Positions 19,191 to 28,987 of a stretch of 32,000 bases of DNA are shown here, in pieces. Source of the DNA: Candidatus Scalindua sp. (GTDB lineage: Bacteria > Planctomycetota > Brocadiia > Brocadiales > Scalinduaceae); assembly GCA_031316235.1 (NCBI GenBank), contig JALDRA010000001.1, positions 3,060,001-3,092,000 on the forward strand, given 5' to 3'. Below the pieces are notes generated by a model. It was not told where the DNA came from. It did not search any database and worked only from the letters and a program-made list of their open reading frames with translations. Position 1 is the stretch's first letter. Each line of letters starts with the position of its first letter. Made by a program: the position numbers and the translations under genes.

Positions 19191-19401
19191 TTGTGGAGTG
19201 TAACGTGGCGAGTTTAAAACAAAAGATAGAAAATAGTAAACAATTTTATCGCCTGTAAGGCTGTATTTTTAGACAAATGTTATCTCCTTAATGTTTCTTC
19301 CCGCCGAGAAACATTCCGTGCACTTTTTTTCAATTCAACAAAGAATAACAGGAACTTCCGGGATGTGGAGCGCTCTGTTTTGCGACTGCTTTATCCGCTT
19401 G

Positions 19402-19515
19402 TATACTAAAACCGATTTGGTTTTCGGTTTTACCGGAAACCAAATCTTGGTGAAGGTATACTCGCTCAATTTTATCTCGGATTTTATCCGAAAACTATTA
19501 TGAGCTTAGTATATA
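19402..19515 (+). repeat. copy D of the two-hairpin palindromic repeat (full length)
   Basis: tatactaaaaccgatttggttttcggttttaccggaaaccaaatcttggtgaaggtatactcgctcaattttatctcggattttatccgaaaactattatgagcttagtatata. This is the reverse complement of copy B apart from a few substitutions. Confidence 0.75.
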
Positions 19516-19827
19516 AGCCCGGCAGGTATGTGTGAACCGTAAGGGTGCATGCCACTTGTGAATGCCTCACCATATTCACGTATGATACGATAGTAACCAG
19601 CCAAAGGCAAGAGTGAAGTTGTTAAACAACCTCTGAAGAACGCCTGGTGAGTAAGTCTGCGGATCTTCCCGTCTGCGTGCGGTCACGCAGGCAGATCAAG
19701 TGTAAGCCTGCAGGCACAAAGTTTGTCTCCTGCACCGATTCATCTTGAAAAGGGGGACTTTACAATTTGCATCGTGTACAATCTGAATTCCGGAATCCGG
19801 GCGGTAAAGGGAGGTACTCCACACTCT

Positions 19828-20847
19828 TTACCGTTTCTGTGAGAGCTTGACTAATTGATCTAATGATGCTTTTGCTCTACCTGAATCTACTGAATCTGCA
19901 GCCAGCCGTATGCCATACCTTAAATCGGGTGCGCCTCCTCCCGCAACAATAGCAGCAGATGCATTAAGAAGGACGATATCTCGCATCGGACCTTTAGCAC
20001 CGCTTAATACTTTGTTGATTGCGGCGGCACTCTCTTCCGGAGAGTGAACAACAAAATCTCTCAGTTCAGCCTTTTCTATGCCAAAACTTTCATGGGTAAT
20101 ATAATAACTCTTGATCTTACCGTTTTTTAACTCACAAATCTTTGTTTTGTCGGTAGTTGTGATTTCATCAAGGCCATCATAACCATACACGACGAACGCA
20201 TGTTCAGTGCCCAGGTTTTTAAGAACCTTTGCTACAATGTCTGTTAATTTTGCGTCATAGACACCAATTACCTGCCTCTTAGTCCTGGCGGGATTAGTCA
20301 AGGGACCGAGGATATTAAAGATAGTCTTTATACCGATTTCACGCCTTGGTATCACCGCATGTTTCATGGAACTGTGTAAAAGGGGAGCCAGGAGGAAACC
20401 GATGTTTACTTCACGGATACATCGTTCAACAGTTTCCGGGTCCGCTTCTACACGAACGCCGAGGAGTTTGAGTACGTCAGCACTGCCACAGTGGCTGGAA
20501 GAGGCCGTACTGCCATGTTTCGCAACCTTCAGTCCGGCACCTGCAACGACAAATGCTGCTGCCGTGGATATATTGAATGTGAATTTTGAATCGCCGCCGG
20601 TACCGCAGGTATCTACAACGGTTTCATTGCCGGTATCGATGTGTGTGGCCTTTTCTCTCATAACCATGGCACATCCCGTAATCTCGTCAACTGTCTCACC
20701 CTTCATTCGTAAAGCCGTAATGAAGGCACCGATCTGGACATCCGTTACTTTACCCTCCATTATCTCACTGATGATGGACTTGCTTTCATCAATAGAAAGG
20801 TCTTTCCCTTCCACTATTTTTTCAATGATATCTTTTATCAGAATCAA
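19828..20847 (-). CDS. trpD: anthranilate phosphoribosyltransferase
   Basis: 339 aa. Has the TrpD N-terminal helix bundle (VQIGAFITALRMKGET), DTCGTGGDSKFTFNISTAAAFVVAGAG, VAKHG and NILGPLTNPA. The start codon appears to be TTG, with GGAAGGAG ending only 1 nt before it, so the exact start is uncertain. Confidence 0.9.
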   Translation of the reverse strand: MILIKDIIEKIVEGKDLSIDESKSIISEIMEGKVTDVQIGAFITALRMKGETVDEITGCAMVMREKATHIDTGNETVVDTCGTGGDSKFTFNISTAAAFVVAGAGLKVAKHGSTASSSHCGSADVLKLLGVRVEADPETVERCIREVNIGFLLAPLLHSSMKHAVIPRREIGIKTIFNILGPLTNPARTKRQVIGVYDAKLTDIVAKVLKNLGTEHAFVVYGYDGLDEITTTDKTKICELKNGKIKSYYITHESFGIEKAELRDFVVHSPEESAAAINKVLSGAKGPMRDIVLLNASAAIVAGGGAPDLRYGIRLAADSVDSGRAKASLDQLVKLSQKR

Positions 20848-21447
20848 GCTCCTTCCTGCCCCTCATCGCCGACCCACCCTTACCGAACGGCAGATTCGGG
20901 CTGGAACATTTATCGCCTGCCGACGACAGCACAGATGGTCGTATTTACTCCTGAACCCTGATCATTCTCTCAACTTCCTGCTCTCTATCCAGGATTGTTT
21001 ATTTCACGACTGCGGCCAATGTCCACTTAAAAATTGAAGGTATGGAATATACAATAGGGCAGGTAATGTTTCAAGTAATTTCTAGAGGGAGTTTTCCTGA
21101 ACCCTGAGCTTCATATTCGGTATGATTCTTTTGTAATCTTGAAGTACACTCCGCAACTTTCGGATATTTTTGTCCTGGCAGAAAAATCAATAACATGCTT
21201 TCAGGGTAGCGTGTCGGAATTTCCTGGTTATTTCCTTATGTTTACGGGTTTTTCATCTCTCGGTGTAAAAATGAAGAATTTGACAGAAGAGGTCTGCTAT
21301 TGTTAGAATAGACGAAAAAGGTTCATGCATGATTTCAGCGCAGGGTATTTTTATCGGGTCAGACTATTGAGACGGCGTGGCGGTCGATCAGGTTCTCTAA
21401 CCGACTGATCGGATAGCAATAAGGGGGGAGCAGGACTTTACAGAAAA

Positions 21448-21476
21448 TTGACAAAATATGATTATTATAGTTTAAT
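21448..21476 (+). promoter_or_regulatory. candidate sigma70-type promoter upstream of the pentahaem cytochrome gene
   Basis: TTGACA (21448-21453), a 17-nt spacer, then TTTAAT (21471-21476), about 75 nt upstream of the ORF start. A second candidate is TTGACA (21280-21285)-N18-TAGAAT (21304-21309). This is pattern matching only. Confidence 0.3.
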
Positions 21477-21549
21477 GGGAGTTGTTGAGCGGTGAAGTTT
21501 ACGTTCATTTCAAATCATAAATCAACGGTTTATAACGTTTTAGGGTGTT

Positions 21550-23016
21550 ATGAAGAAAAAATTTTTTAATGAAAGGGGACCTTCAATGAGTACCAGCGCC
21601 AGAATCATACTATGTATAGCTTTTTGCCTGTTTTTTGCCTCGTTACCGGTTTCCATGGCAAGCGATCCGAACGAGTGGTCGCCTACATGGAAACTGTCGC
21701 CAGATAAGAGGCCTGAAAATATTGTCGATGAAGCCGTTACGGTTCCCGGTGACACAAAGAAAAGCCAATTCTTTAGCCCAAATACCTGTGGAGCCTGCCA
21801 TCCCGAAATTTTTAAGATGTGGAGCGGCTCTACCCATGCAAATGCATGGAAGAATCCATTGTTCCAGGCCTTATATAACTATGGGAAAAGAACCGCTACA
21901 GGAGAATCACAAAAAAGAAGTATAGAATCCTGTGTCCGCTGCCATCATCCCATAGGCCATAGTTCCGGTGAAAAGGATATACCGGCAGATGATGAAAAGG
22001 GCGGTGTTATTTGCGATTTCTGCCATTCTGTCAGGGCAACGACCGGTGTCGGTAATGCTCCTTATATCCTCAATCCAGGTAATGCTGCCGCTATGGAGGG
22101 AGGTACGAAATATGGACCTTTTGCAGATTCTCCGGAAACAATACATCAGAATCAGTTTTCTGAGCTGCACACACGCTCCGAGTTTTGCGGAGGATGCCAT
22201 GATGTTTCACATGCAGGGAATGATCTGCCGATTGAGCAAACCTATACCGAATGGCGTCAGGGGCCTTATAATACAGGAGATCCAGAGACATCGGTACACT
22301 GTCAAGACTGTCACATGAGACAACGTCCCGGATTCCCCTGTACCGGAAGTACCGAACGGCCGGACAATCCCGGCTTTGCAACTCCTCAGATAATGGGAGG
22401 CGTAAACAGGCCGCATATCTGGACCCATTATTTTGTAGGGGGGAGTACCGTTCCTATCTCACTTCCTCCGGATTCAGAATTACAGCCACAGATGGCTATC
22501 GATAGACTGAAGAATGCAGCAACCCTTGAAATAGAAGAAGATCTGAATGTGAAAGAAGATGGCTTGTTGCAGTTTAAGGTAAGCATAAAGAATACGGGTG
22601 CGGGGCACTATCTTCCAACAGGTCTCACAGAATTGAGGCAGATGTGGCTGGAAGTGTCTGTTACCGATTCTACAGGAAAGACACTCTTTCAGCGTGGACA
22701 TGTCAACGAAGAGGGGGCAATTGATCCTCAGGCAATTGTATATCACACGGTATTCGGTGATGAAAAGGGAGAAAAGACCTTATATGTCTGGGAGGCTACT
22801 CACATCATCTCAGACAATCGTATTCCTCCAAAAGGGAAAAAGGAAGAACAGTTTGCCTTTGTTATTCAGAGTGATATCAAGGCTCCGGTAACGATTAAGG
22901 CCGTATTGAATTATCGAAGTGCGCCACAGTATGTAGTGAATGCTCTTTTACAGGAAAAGGCAATAAAACTTCCCATAATCAACATGACGGAACTGGTAAA
23001 GGAGATAGATCTTTGA
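21550..23016 (+). CDS. pentahaem c-type cytochrome with haem-free C-terminal domain, exported
   Basis: 488 aa. Signal peptide (ARIILCIAFCLFFASLPVSMA). All five CXXCH motifs (CGACH, CVRCH, CDFCH, CGGCH, CQDCH) lie in the first 255 aa or so. The last 230 aa or so have no haem motif and contain NTGAGHYLPTG. The true start may be the internal Met at MSTSARI. Confidence 0.8.
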   Translation: MKKKFFNERGPSMSTSARIILCIAFCLFFASLPVSMASDPNEWSPTWKLSPDKRPENIVDEAVTVPGDTKKSQFFSPNTCGACHPEIFKMWSGSTHANAWKNPLFQALYNYGKRTATGESQKRSIESCVRCHHPIGHSSGEKDIPADDEKGGVICDFCHSVRATTGVGNAPYILNPGNAAAMEGGTKYGPFADSPETIHQNQFSELHTRSEFCGGCHDVSHAGNDLPIEQTYTEWRQGPYNTGDPETSVHCQDCHMRQRPGFPCTGSTERPDNPGFATPQIMGGVNRPHIWTHYFVGGSTVPISLPPDSELQPQMAIDRLKNAATLEIEEDLNVKEDGLLQFKVSIKNTGAGHYLPTGLTELRQMWLEVSVTDSTGKTLFQRGHVNEEGAIDPQAIVYHTVFGDEKGEKTLYVWEATHIISDNRIPPKGKKEEQFAFVIQSDIKAPVTIKAVLNYRSAPQYVVNALLQEKAIKLPIINMTELVKEIDL

Positions 23017-23094
23017 AAAGAGGAGAACTTTGAGAACGGGTAATTGTGGTTTTTTAACGTGCGTAGTGCTTGAACCAAAGTCCTGATTCTTTTC

Positions 23095-24336
23095 ATGGGA
23101 AACTTGAAGACGCCAGGGTCCTGTTGTGCGATTTTCTTTAACTGGTATAAGGGTAAATATGTACGTTTTATGAAAAATAGAGAGTCTCTGTTTGGGTGGG
23201 CCCTTCTTGCATATTTCTTATTTGTTGCGTGCCTTATTACGTTGTTTCCTTTTCGGTTTCACTGGCCGGTGAGGGTTGAGGTTTTGGTTTGGGCTGAGTG
23301 GTTGGACGTTGTCTTGAATATTATTTTTTTTCTGCCACTTGGCTTTCTGTTTCGATTAACCCAGCAAAAAGAGATCGGTAAGGAGAGAGTTCGGGTTCTG
23401 ATTTACGGACTTCTCGCCAGTTTGTTCATTGAAAGTGTCCAGGTATTTCAAATTGAGCGTTATAGCAGCCCCTCCGATATCATGGCTAACGGCCTTGGTG
23501 CATGGGTGGGAGCTTTCCTGTTTGATCGGGTAAAAAATCACCTCAATAAGCAGATGGCAGGACGTTTAGCCCTGGAATTACCATTGATGAGTCTTTTTTA
23601 TCTTCTTGGTCCTATGTTATGGTTGAACGGCCTTGCAACCGGGAAAGAAACCTCTCATCTGTTTCTGGCACCCATTATCGGTTTATATGGAGCATGTATC
23701 CTTGCTTCAGTATGGTTTTATGCACTGAAACCTCAGGGTGTAATTTCAGCTGATCAATTGGCCGTTATCACAGGGGTTTGGTTTCTCGGTGCATCATTAC
23801 CAGGAGTTATCAAAAACCCGTTATTCATTTTCTCCAGTGGGATCGGGCTTGCAGTTTTTGTGCGGATATTAATCTTTGCACTGCAAAAAATTGAACACAA
23901 AGAACGTCGATTTGAAATCACAACTCTCAGGCGGATTTGGCCAATATATGCCGTTTATCTCTCTCTTCTGACATTTTGGCCCTGGAGATGGCCGGATCGC
24001 CTCTGGAAGGGAGCCATTGGATTTGCTGGTGTCCATGGCTCAACTATTCTGATATTGCGCCTGCTGGAATATGTGTTGGTTTTTACTTTTCTCGGATATA
24101 TGGTAGCAGAGGTACGAGGAAGGAAAAAAGAGACCTTTTTCATCACAATGATGTGGGTGTTCCTTGCCTGTTTTGCAAGCGGTTGTCTCCTTGAGCTTAT
24201 ACGGGGTTTTCATCCGAAACATACAGCAAGTCTTGCTCAGTTGATTATTTCCACCGGGGTCGGTATGTATGGCGGATTACTGTATCGGCTGCAGCTGACT
24301 GCTGTCCGCAGATTAATAAAGAGAGATGGACTGTAA
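23095..24336 (+). CDS. polytopic membrane protein with N-terminal VanZ-like domain
   Basis: 413 aa with multiple hydrophobic helices. The N-terminal part resembles the VanZ family (LFPFRF, NIIFFLPLGFLF, ESVQVFQ...SSPSDIMANGLGAWVG). An alternative start lies at the MKNRESL Met (23170). Confidence 0.5.
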   Translation: MGNLKTPGSCCAIFFNWYKGKYVRFMKNRESLFGWALLAYFLFVACLITLFPFRFHWPVRVEVLVWAEWLDVVLNIIFFLPLGFLFRLTQQKEIGKERVRVLIYGLLASLFIESVQVFQIERYSSPSDIMANGLGAWVGAFLFDRVKNHLNKQMAGRLALELPLMSLFYLLGPMLWLNGLATGKETSHLFLAPIIGLYGACILASVWFYALKPQGVISADQLAVITGVWFLGASLPGVIKNPLFIFSSGIGLAVFVRILIFALQKIEHKERRFEITTLRRIWPIYAVYLSLLTFWPWRWPDRLWKGAIGFAGVHGSTILILRLLEYVLVFTFLGYMVAEVRGRKKETFFITMMWVFLACFASGCLLELIRGFHPKHTASLAQLIISTGVGMYGGLLYRLQLTAVRRLIKRDGL

Positions 24337-24496
24337 TGTCTCCAGTGGTCCGGCCATAACTGTTCACAACCTGATCATCTGTTCAGGTGGAAGGTTTTAA
24401 TACCGGAAACAAAGCGGTACAGGAAGGGGAGCAGCTCCGATACGGCTGTTGAAAAAACTAGGGCGTTTACCAGTTAGGTAATAAAAAAGAGCATAC

Positions 24497-25492
24497 ATGT
24501 CAAAAACAATAAAGATACTGTTGTGTTCAGATGACGACGGTTTTATGCTTCGCACTATACAGGAAGTCCTTTCGAGAAAGGGTTTCGATGAAAAGAGTGT
24601 TCTTATCTGCCAGAGCAGCGATGCGGATACCATTGGGGAAGAGATAGTTGACGCAGATGTCGTATATCCCGACAAGGTGGTCATAACGGGAGAGATGATC
24701 AGGAGTGCAAAGAGTGTCAAACTGTTTCAGTATGGAACGGGATACGACACGATAGATATTGAAGTTGCAAAAGAGCTGGGAATTCCCGTATGTAATATGC
24801 CGGGAGTGACGGCACAGTCTGTTGCGGAGCATGCAATATATCTCGTATTGGCATTGGCGAAAAATGATAAAGATTATGGGACTGAAATGAGGGAAGGCTG
24901 TTGGAACAGGGGAGTAGGTTGTGAGCTTGCCGGTAAGACTTTGGGCTTAATAGGGTTTGGTAATATTGGAAGGATAAAGGCAAAGATGGCTCATGGATTG
25001 GGAATGATCAGTATCGCATATCGAAGAGATGAGGCAAAGGGAAATGAGGGTCTTGGTTATGTTGATATTGTAGATCTCGATTCCTTACTGGAAAGAGCTG
25101 ACATCATATCCCTCCATCTTCCCTTGATAAAACAGGGTAACTGCAGGACGGCGGGGTTTATTGGTAAAAGGGAATTGGAACGGTTTGGGGAGACAGGGCT
25201 TGGATGGCTCATAAATACTTCCAGGGGAGCGCTGATCAATGAGAGAGACCTGATAGACTCCCTCAAAAATAAGGTAATAAGGAAAGCGGCTTTAGATGTC
25301 TTTGAAACTGAACCTCTTCCACGAGATAGCGAGCTGAGAAATCTGCCAAATGTTATACTGACTCCTCATATTGCCGGTGATACGAAAGAGGCATTGATCA
25401 GGAGATATACCCTGATTGCGGAAAATATAATAAAAATTCTGCGTAATCAAAAACCGCAGTTTATTGTTAAAGAGCTGCATCCTGTTTTTTGA
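24497..25492 (+). CDS. D-isomer-specific 2-hydroxyacid dehydrogenase family, NAD-binding
   Basis: 331 aa. GKTLGLIGFGNIGR (NAD-binding fold), NTSRGALI, LDVFETEP and TPHIAG (catalytic His) are canonical blocks of the family. The substrate cannot be inferred. Confidence 0.8.
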   Translation: MSKTIKILLCSDDDGFMLRTIQEVLSRKGFDEKSVLICQSSDADTIGEEIVDADVVYPDKVVITGEMIRSAKSVKLFQYGTGYDTIDIEVAKELGIPVCNMPGVTAQSVAEHAIYLVLALAKNDKDYGTEMREGCWNRGVGCELAGKTLGLIGFGNIGRIKAKMAHGLGMISIAYRRDEAKGNEGLGYVDIVDLDSLLERADIISLHLPLIKQGNCRTAGFIGKRELERFGETGLGWLINTSRGALINERDLIDSLKNKVIRKAALDVFETEPLPRDSELRNLPNVILTPHIAGDTKEALIRRYTLIAENIIKILRNQKPQFIVKELHPVF

Positions 25493-25958
25493 GGGTACAA
25501 TATTCAGCAGTCATGCGGGTTGTCATGTTCAGGAGCTTCCTTGCAGAGGCCTTTTTTTCCTTGACAAATTCCGGCAAATGTAATAAAAGTTTTCCCTTAA
25601 TGTATTACTATCTCTCTGGCTGCCTGTATACGCATAAAGCCTCAGTTTGAATCTCTTTTATTACAGCATATTCCCTTGCAAAAATCATTGTGCAACGGGG
25701 ATCTGCCGGGTATCGGCCTGAGGATTGTAAACAAGTGTTATCCGGTACCTCTCGTTTGAGAGAGATGAAGGATGGGGTTGCGGGTAATACAACGGTATGA
25801 GAGATTTTAAACCAGATACCGGTTTGGCAGGTATGTAGGTGGTCCTTTTTTTTGCAGTGTTTGAAAACCTTTCAAGTCTACGTCATTCAGGCGTGCTGAT
25901 GTACCTTTATTTTGAGTACTGATACGCAAAATTTTGATCCGGGGGGGGAGAATTGTTT

Positions 25959-27301
25959 ATGAAACGAATTATAAAAAAAATATTCCTGTTCTTTTTTGTA
26001 TGTACGACAGTGTCCAGCCTCTTTTTTCTGTCTGTTTCTGTTTCAGCGGAGGGGCCGGTCGGGAAGCTGGCAAAAGGTGAGGGGAAATGGGGTGAACACT
26101 GGAAACCGATTGAGATGTTCCGATGGTGGGATCCGGGGCACTATTTTGAGCCTGACAACAAGGTACAAGGTGTCTTTGAAGGGGATAAATGTGTGACCTG
26201 TCATACAATAATTACACCGAGGATTGCGATTGACTGGAAAGAGAGTGCCCATAGCGGATCAGGTGTTACCTGTGATAAATGCCATGGCTCTGATCATCAG
26301 AAGATCCAGATGCCAACCCCGGACATCTGCGCGAAATGCCACCCTGAGCAAGTTGAAGATTTTAAATCTGAGAGGGAAACGGGTCATCCTTCACATGCCA
26401 GGGCATTTCATCCGGACGTAGTTGAATCGGAGTGGCAGATCAGCAAGCCTCAACCAGAGGTCGCCGGCTGTGCACAGTGCCATTCGATTGAAAACAAATG
26501 TGATTCCTGCCATTTCAGACACCGCTTCAAGGCAGCCGAAGCGAGGCGTCCAGAGGCCTGTTCCTACTGCCATAATGGCCCTGACCATCGTGATACCGAG
26601 TGTTATAACACATCGGCACACGGAGTTATTACGGCGATTGACGGAGACAGGTGGGATTGGGACAAACCGCTGAAGGTGGGTAACTACCGTGCGCCGACGT
26701 GCGCTTACTGCCACATGTATAATGGGACACATAATGCCGTTGAAAATGCGGTGTACTCCCATATGGGGGTTGAGGAAGTTGATCGTGGGGCCGAAGATTT
26801 TGCAGAGAAAAGGAAAGCGTGGACGAATATCTGTAATGACTGTCATTCAGCCCGGTTTGCGGCCGCATATTTACGAGGCGCTGACGAGACGGTAAAAGTG
26901 AGCCATACAAAAGTAAGAGAGGCGAGGGCTGTTATTGAAGATCTGCATGAAGAGGGTCTTCTTGACGCGATGCCCAAGGATCTTGCGCCGCACCTTGATC
27001 AGGGGCACAAGTGGAACCTGGGGGGCGTATGTACAATGTTACCGCGATAGAGCGGGAATTCTTTGACATGCTCGTCTACCATGGAACGACAGTCTACAAA
27101 GCAGCCTTTCATATGTCTCCAAACTTCCAGACATACGAGCTGGGGGCCTTCAAGCAGGATCAATCGCTGGCACGGATAAAATCCGAAGCCAGTAAGCTGA
27201 GACGTTTAAAGACGCTGGAAGATAAGGCGGGGATCAAGTACGAGTCGTACGATTTCTGGAAAGTAGGCGAGTATACCAATTCGCTGAAGGTGATTAAATA
27301 G
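25959..27301 (+). CDS. HAO-like octahaem cytochrome c (short form, about 447 aa), interrupted by one frame break at a G6 run
   Basis: ATG at 25959 follows a G8AG stretch (25941-25950). Signal peptide present. Eight CXXCH motifs (CVTCH, CDKCH, CAKCH, CAQCH, CDSCH, CSYCH, CAYCH, CNDCH), collinear with the second HAO at 29965-31708. The frame switches at 27020-27025: ...HKWNLGG in one frame continues as RMYNVTAIEREFFDMLVYHG... (ORF 27011-27301), aligning with FRMSNCSDIERVCFESVGY of the paralogue. Confidence 0.8.
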
Positions 27302-27400
27302 CGGTTAAACGGAAATCGTGAGTTTGAACGGTATATTTCCAATTGACAAGAGTGCAGTTATTTTTCCGGGGGAAGCACTGACTTGCAGGGGGTTTGAAGT

Positions 27401-27922
27401 ATGAAAGAGGAATCTGGCAGGAAGGAAGAGTCAAACGGGAGTGGAAGCGGCCGGCGGGCCTTTCTCAAGGTCTGTTCTGTCTTTCTTGCGTCGCTGATCG
27501 GTATTGCGTACAGCATACCGCTCATACGGGCTTTTATAAGTCCCGCACTGAAGAAGACGGTGATTAGTTCATCGGGTCTGGTGGAGGTTGGAGACATACG
27601 GGGGTGCCAGATCAACGTGCCCAGGAAAGTGGCGGTCAGGGATTCGCGCAGGGATGCATGGACCAAATACCCGGAAACGGTAATTGGGGCAGTCTGGCTG
27701 GTTCGAGGAGAGGATGAAACAGTTACGGCCTTTTCGGTAATATGTCCTCACCTCGGTTGCGGGATAGACTGGGATAAGGATTCGGGGAGATTTGTCTGTC
27801 CCTGCCACGATAGTTATTTTGATATCAAGGGCGAGATTATCTCGGGGCCATCTCCGCGCAGAATGGATACCCTTGAAACAGATATTAAGCAGGGAAACTG
27901 TTTGTCCGTTATCAGAAGATGA
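27401..27922 (+). CDS. Rieske [2Fe-2S] subunit with twin-arginine signal anchor
   Basis: 173 aa. Tat motif GRRAFLK followed by a TM helix. Rieske cluster boxes CPHLGC and CPCHDSYFD (C-x-H...C-x-x-H). Confidence 0.85.
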   Translation: MKEESGRKEESNGSGSGRRAFLKVCSVFLASLIGIAYSIPLIRAFISPALKKTVISSSGLVEVGDIRGCQINVPRKVAVRDSRRDAWTKYPETVIGAVWLVRGEDETVTAFSVICPHLGCGIDWDKDSGRFVCPCHDSYFDIKGEIISGPSPRRMDTLETDIKQGNCLSVIRR

Positions 27923-28005
27923 AACTGGGTATTGCAAAAAAAATACCTGCTTGAAAATATCTGCATCTGCAGAACATATCACCTTATTGCGGGATCCATT
28001 ATATT

Positions 28006-28961
28006 ATGAAGTGGTTGGAAGAGAGAACAGGCCTGAAAGATCTTGTGAAGAAGTTTCTGGATGAGCCCGTAGAAGGGGGTGCGAAGTGGTCGTATGTTTT
28101 CGGCAGTGCCCTGGTAATCGTCTTCATGATGCAGATTGTCTCAGGCGTAATCCTGTCGACAGGATACTCCGCATCAGCGACGGATGCGTGGGGGAGCGTC
28201 CATTATATCCAGGAACAAACCCTGTCCGGGTGGTTTGTGCGGGGGATGCATAACGTAGGTTCCAGCGCGATGATGGTGCTTGCGATACTCCATATCACGC
28301 AAACGGTCATCTTCGGGGCCTACAAGAAGCCTCGTGAGTTAAATTGGATATCCGGGGTCTTTATGCTCTTTATCATCCTTGCCTTCGGACTTACCGGTTA
28401 CCTGCTTCCGTGGGACCAGAAGGGGTACTGGGCTACGCAGGTGGCGACGAGCATCCTCGGGCTGATCCCCGAGCTTGGAGACTTTGTAAAGGGAGTGGTC
28501 CAGGGGGGAATGATTATGGCAACCTGACGCTGACACGGTTTTATAGTTTTCACGTTTTCTTTCTTCCTGCCGGCCTGATGACGTTTATGGCCATCCACCT
28601 CTATTTATTCAGAAGACACGGGGTGACTCCGCACTGGAAGCCGGATGAGTCAGAGCTCAAGAGGAAGACACAGCCCTTTTGGCCGGACCAGATATTCAAG
28701 GATGTGGTGGCAGCCGTGGTTGTATTTGCCATCATGGCGGCAGTCGTCTGGTACCGGCACGGAGCAGAGTTACAGTCTCCGGCGGATCCGAGTTCGCAGT
28801 ATATGGCGCGCCCCGAGTGGTATTTCCTCTTCCTGTTTCAACTGTTAAAATATTTTGAAGCCGATATGGAGGTTGTCGGCGCCATTATCCTTCCGACCAT
28901 TGCAGCGCTGTTAATGCTTGCAATACCATTTCTTGACAGGGGGAGAGCCGCTCACCGGTAA
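28006..28961 (+). CDS. cytochrome b (b6 + subunit IV type, contiguous), interrupted by a frame break at a G6 run
   Basis: ORF 28006-28527 (WSYVFGS, RGMHNVGSSAMMVLAILH = H-x13-H, LTGYLLPWDQKGYWA) continues after 28503-28508 in ORF 28344-28961. That ORF carries NLTLTRFYSFHVFFLPAGLMTFMAIH (H-x14-H, b6/Bacillus-type spacing) and the PEWY Qo motif. Confidence 0.8.
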
Positions 28962-28987
28962 AACGGTTACCCTTTATCGGGGGGTTC

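Noticed and set aside
9389-19515. Whether the repeated hairpin elements form a CRISPR array
   Set aside because: The copies are kilobases apart and in mixed orientation, have variable length and are internally palindromic. There are no regular repeat-spacer units and no cas genes.
19516-19827. Possible RNase P RNA on the minus strand (AAAGUCCCCC and CCGGGCUUAU resemble the P4 strands)
   Set aside because: The span between the two motifs is only about 255 nt. I could not find the other universally conserved regions (the GGUAAGAGCGCACC-like and CAAAUAGG-like blocks). The region also contains ordinary hairpins, for example ctgcgtg/cacgcag. It needs an Infernal scan before any call.
20366-21037. 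223-aa ORF on the + strand overlapping trpD
   Set aside because: It lies antisense to a very well supported trpD. Its low-complexity Ser/Thr/Pro-rich translation is typical of a shadow ORF, and no motif is present.
25561-25589. TTGACA at 25561 as a promoter for the HAO-like gene
   Set aside because: No acceptable -10 hexamer lies at 16-18 nt spacing; the best candidates are TAAAAG and TAATAA at the wrong spacing. It is too weak to report.
26391-26910. Minus-strand ORFs of 151 aa and 93 aa, plus several 60-90-aa + strand ORFs, inside the HAO-like gene
   Set aside because: These are shadow ORFs, favoured by the high GC of this island. The + strand frame with eight CXXCH motifs explains the region.
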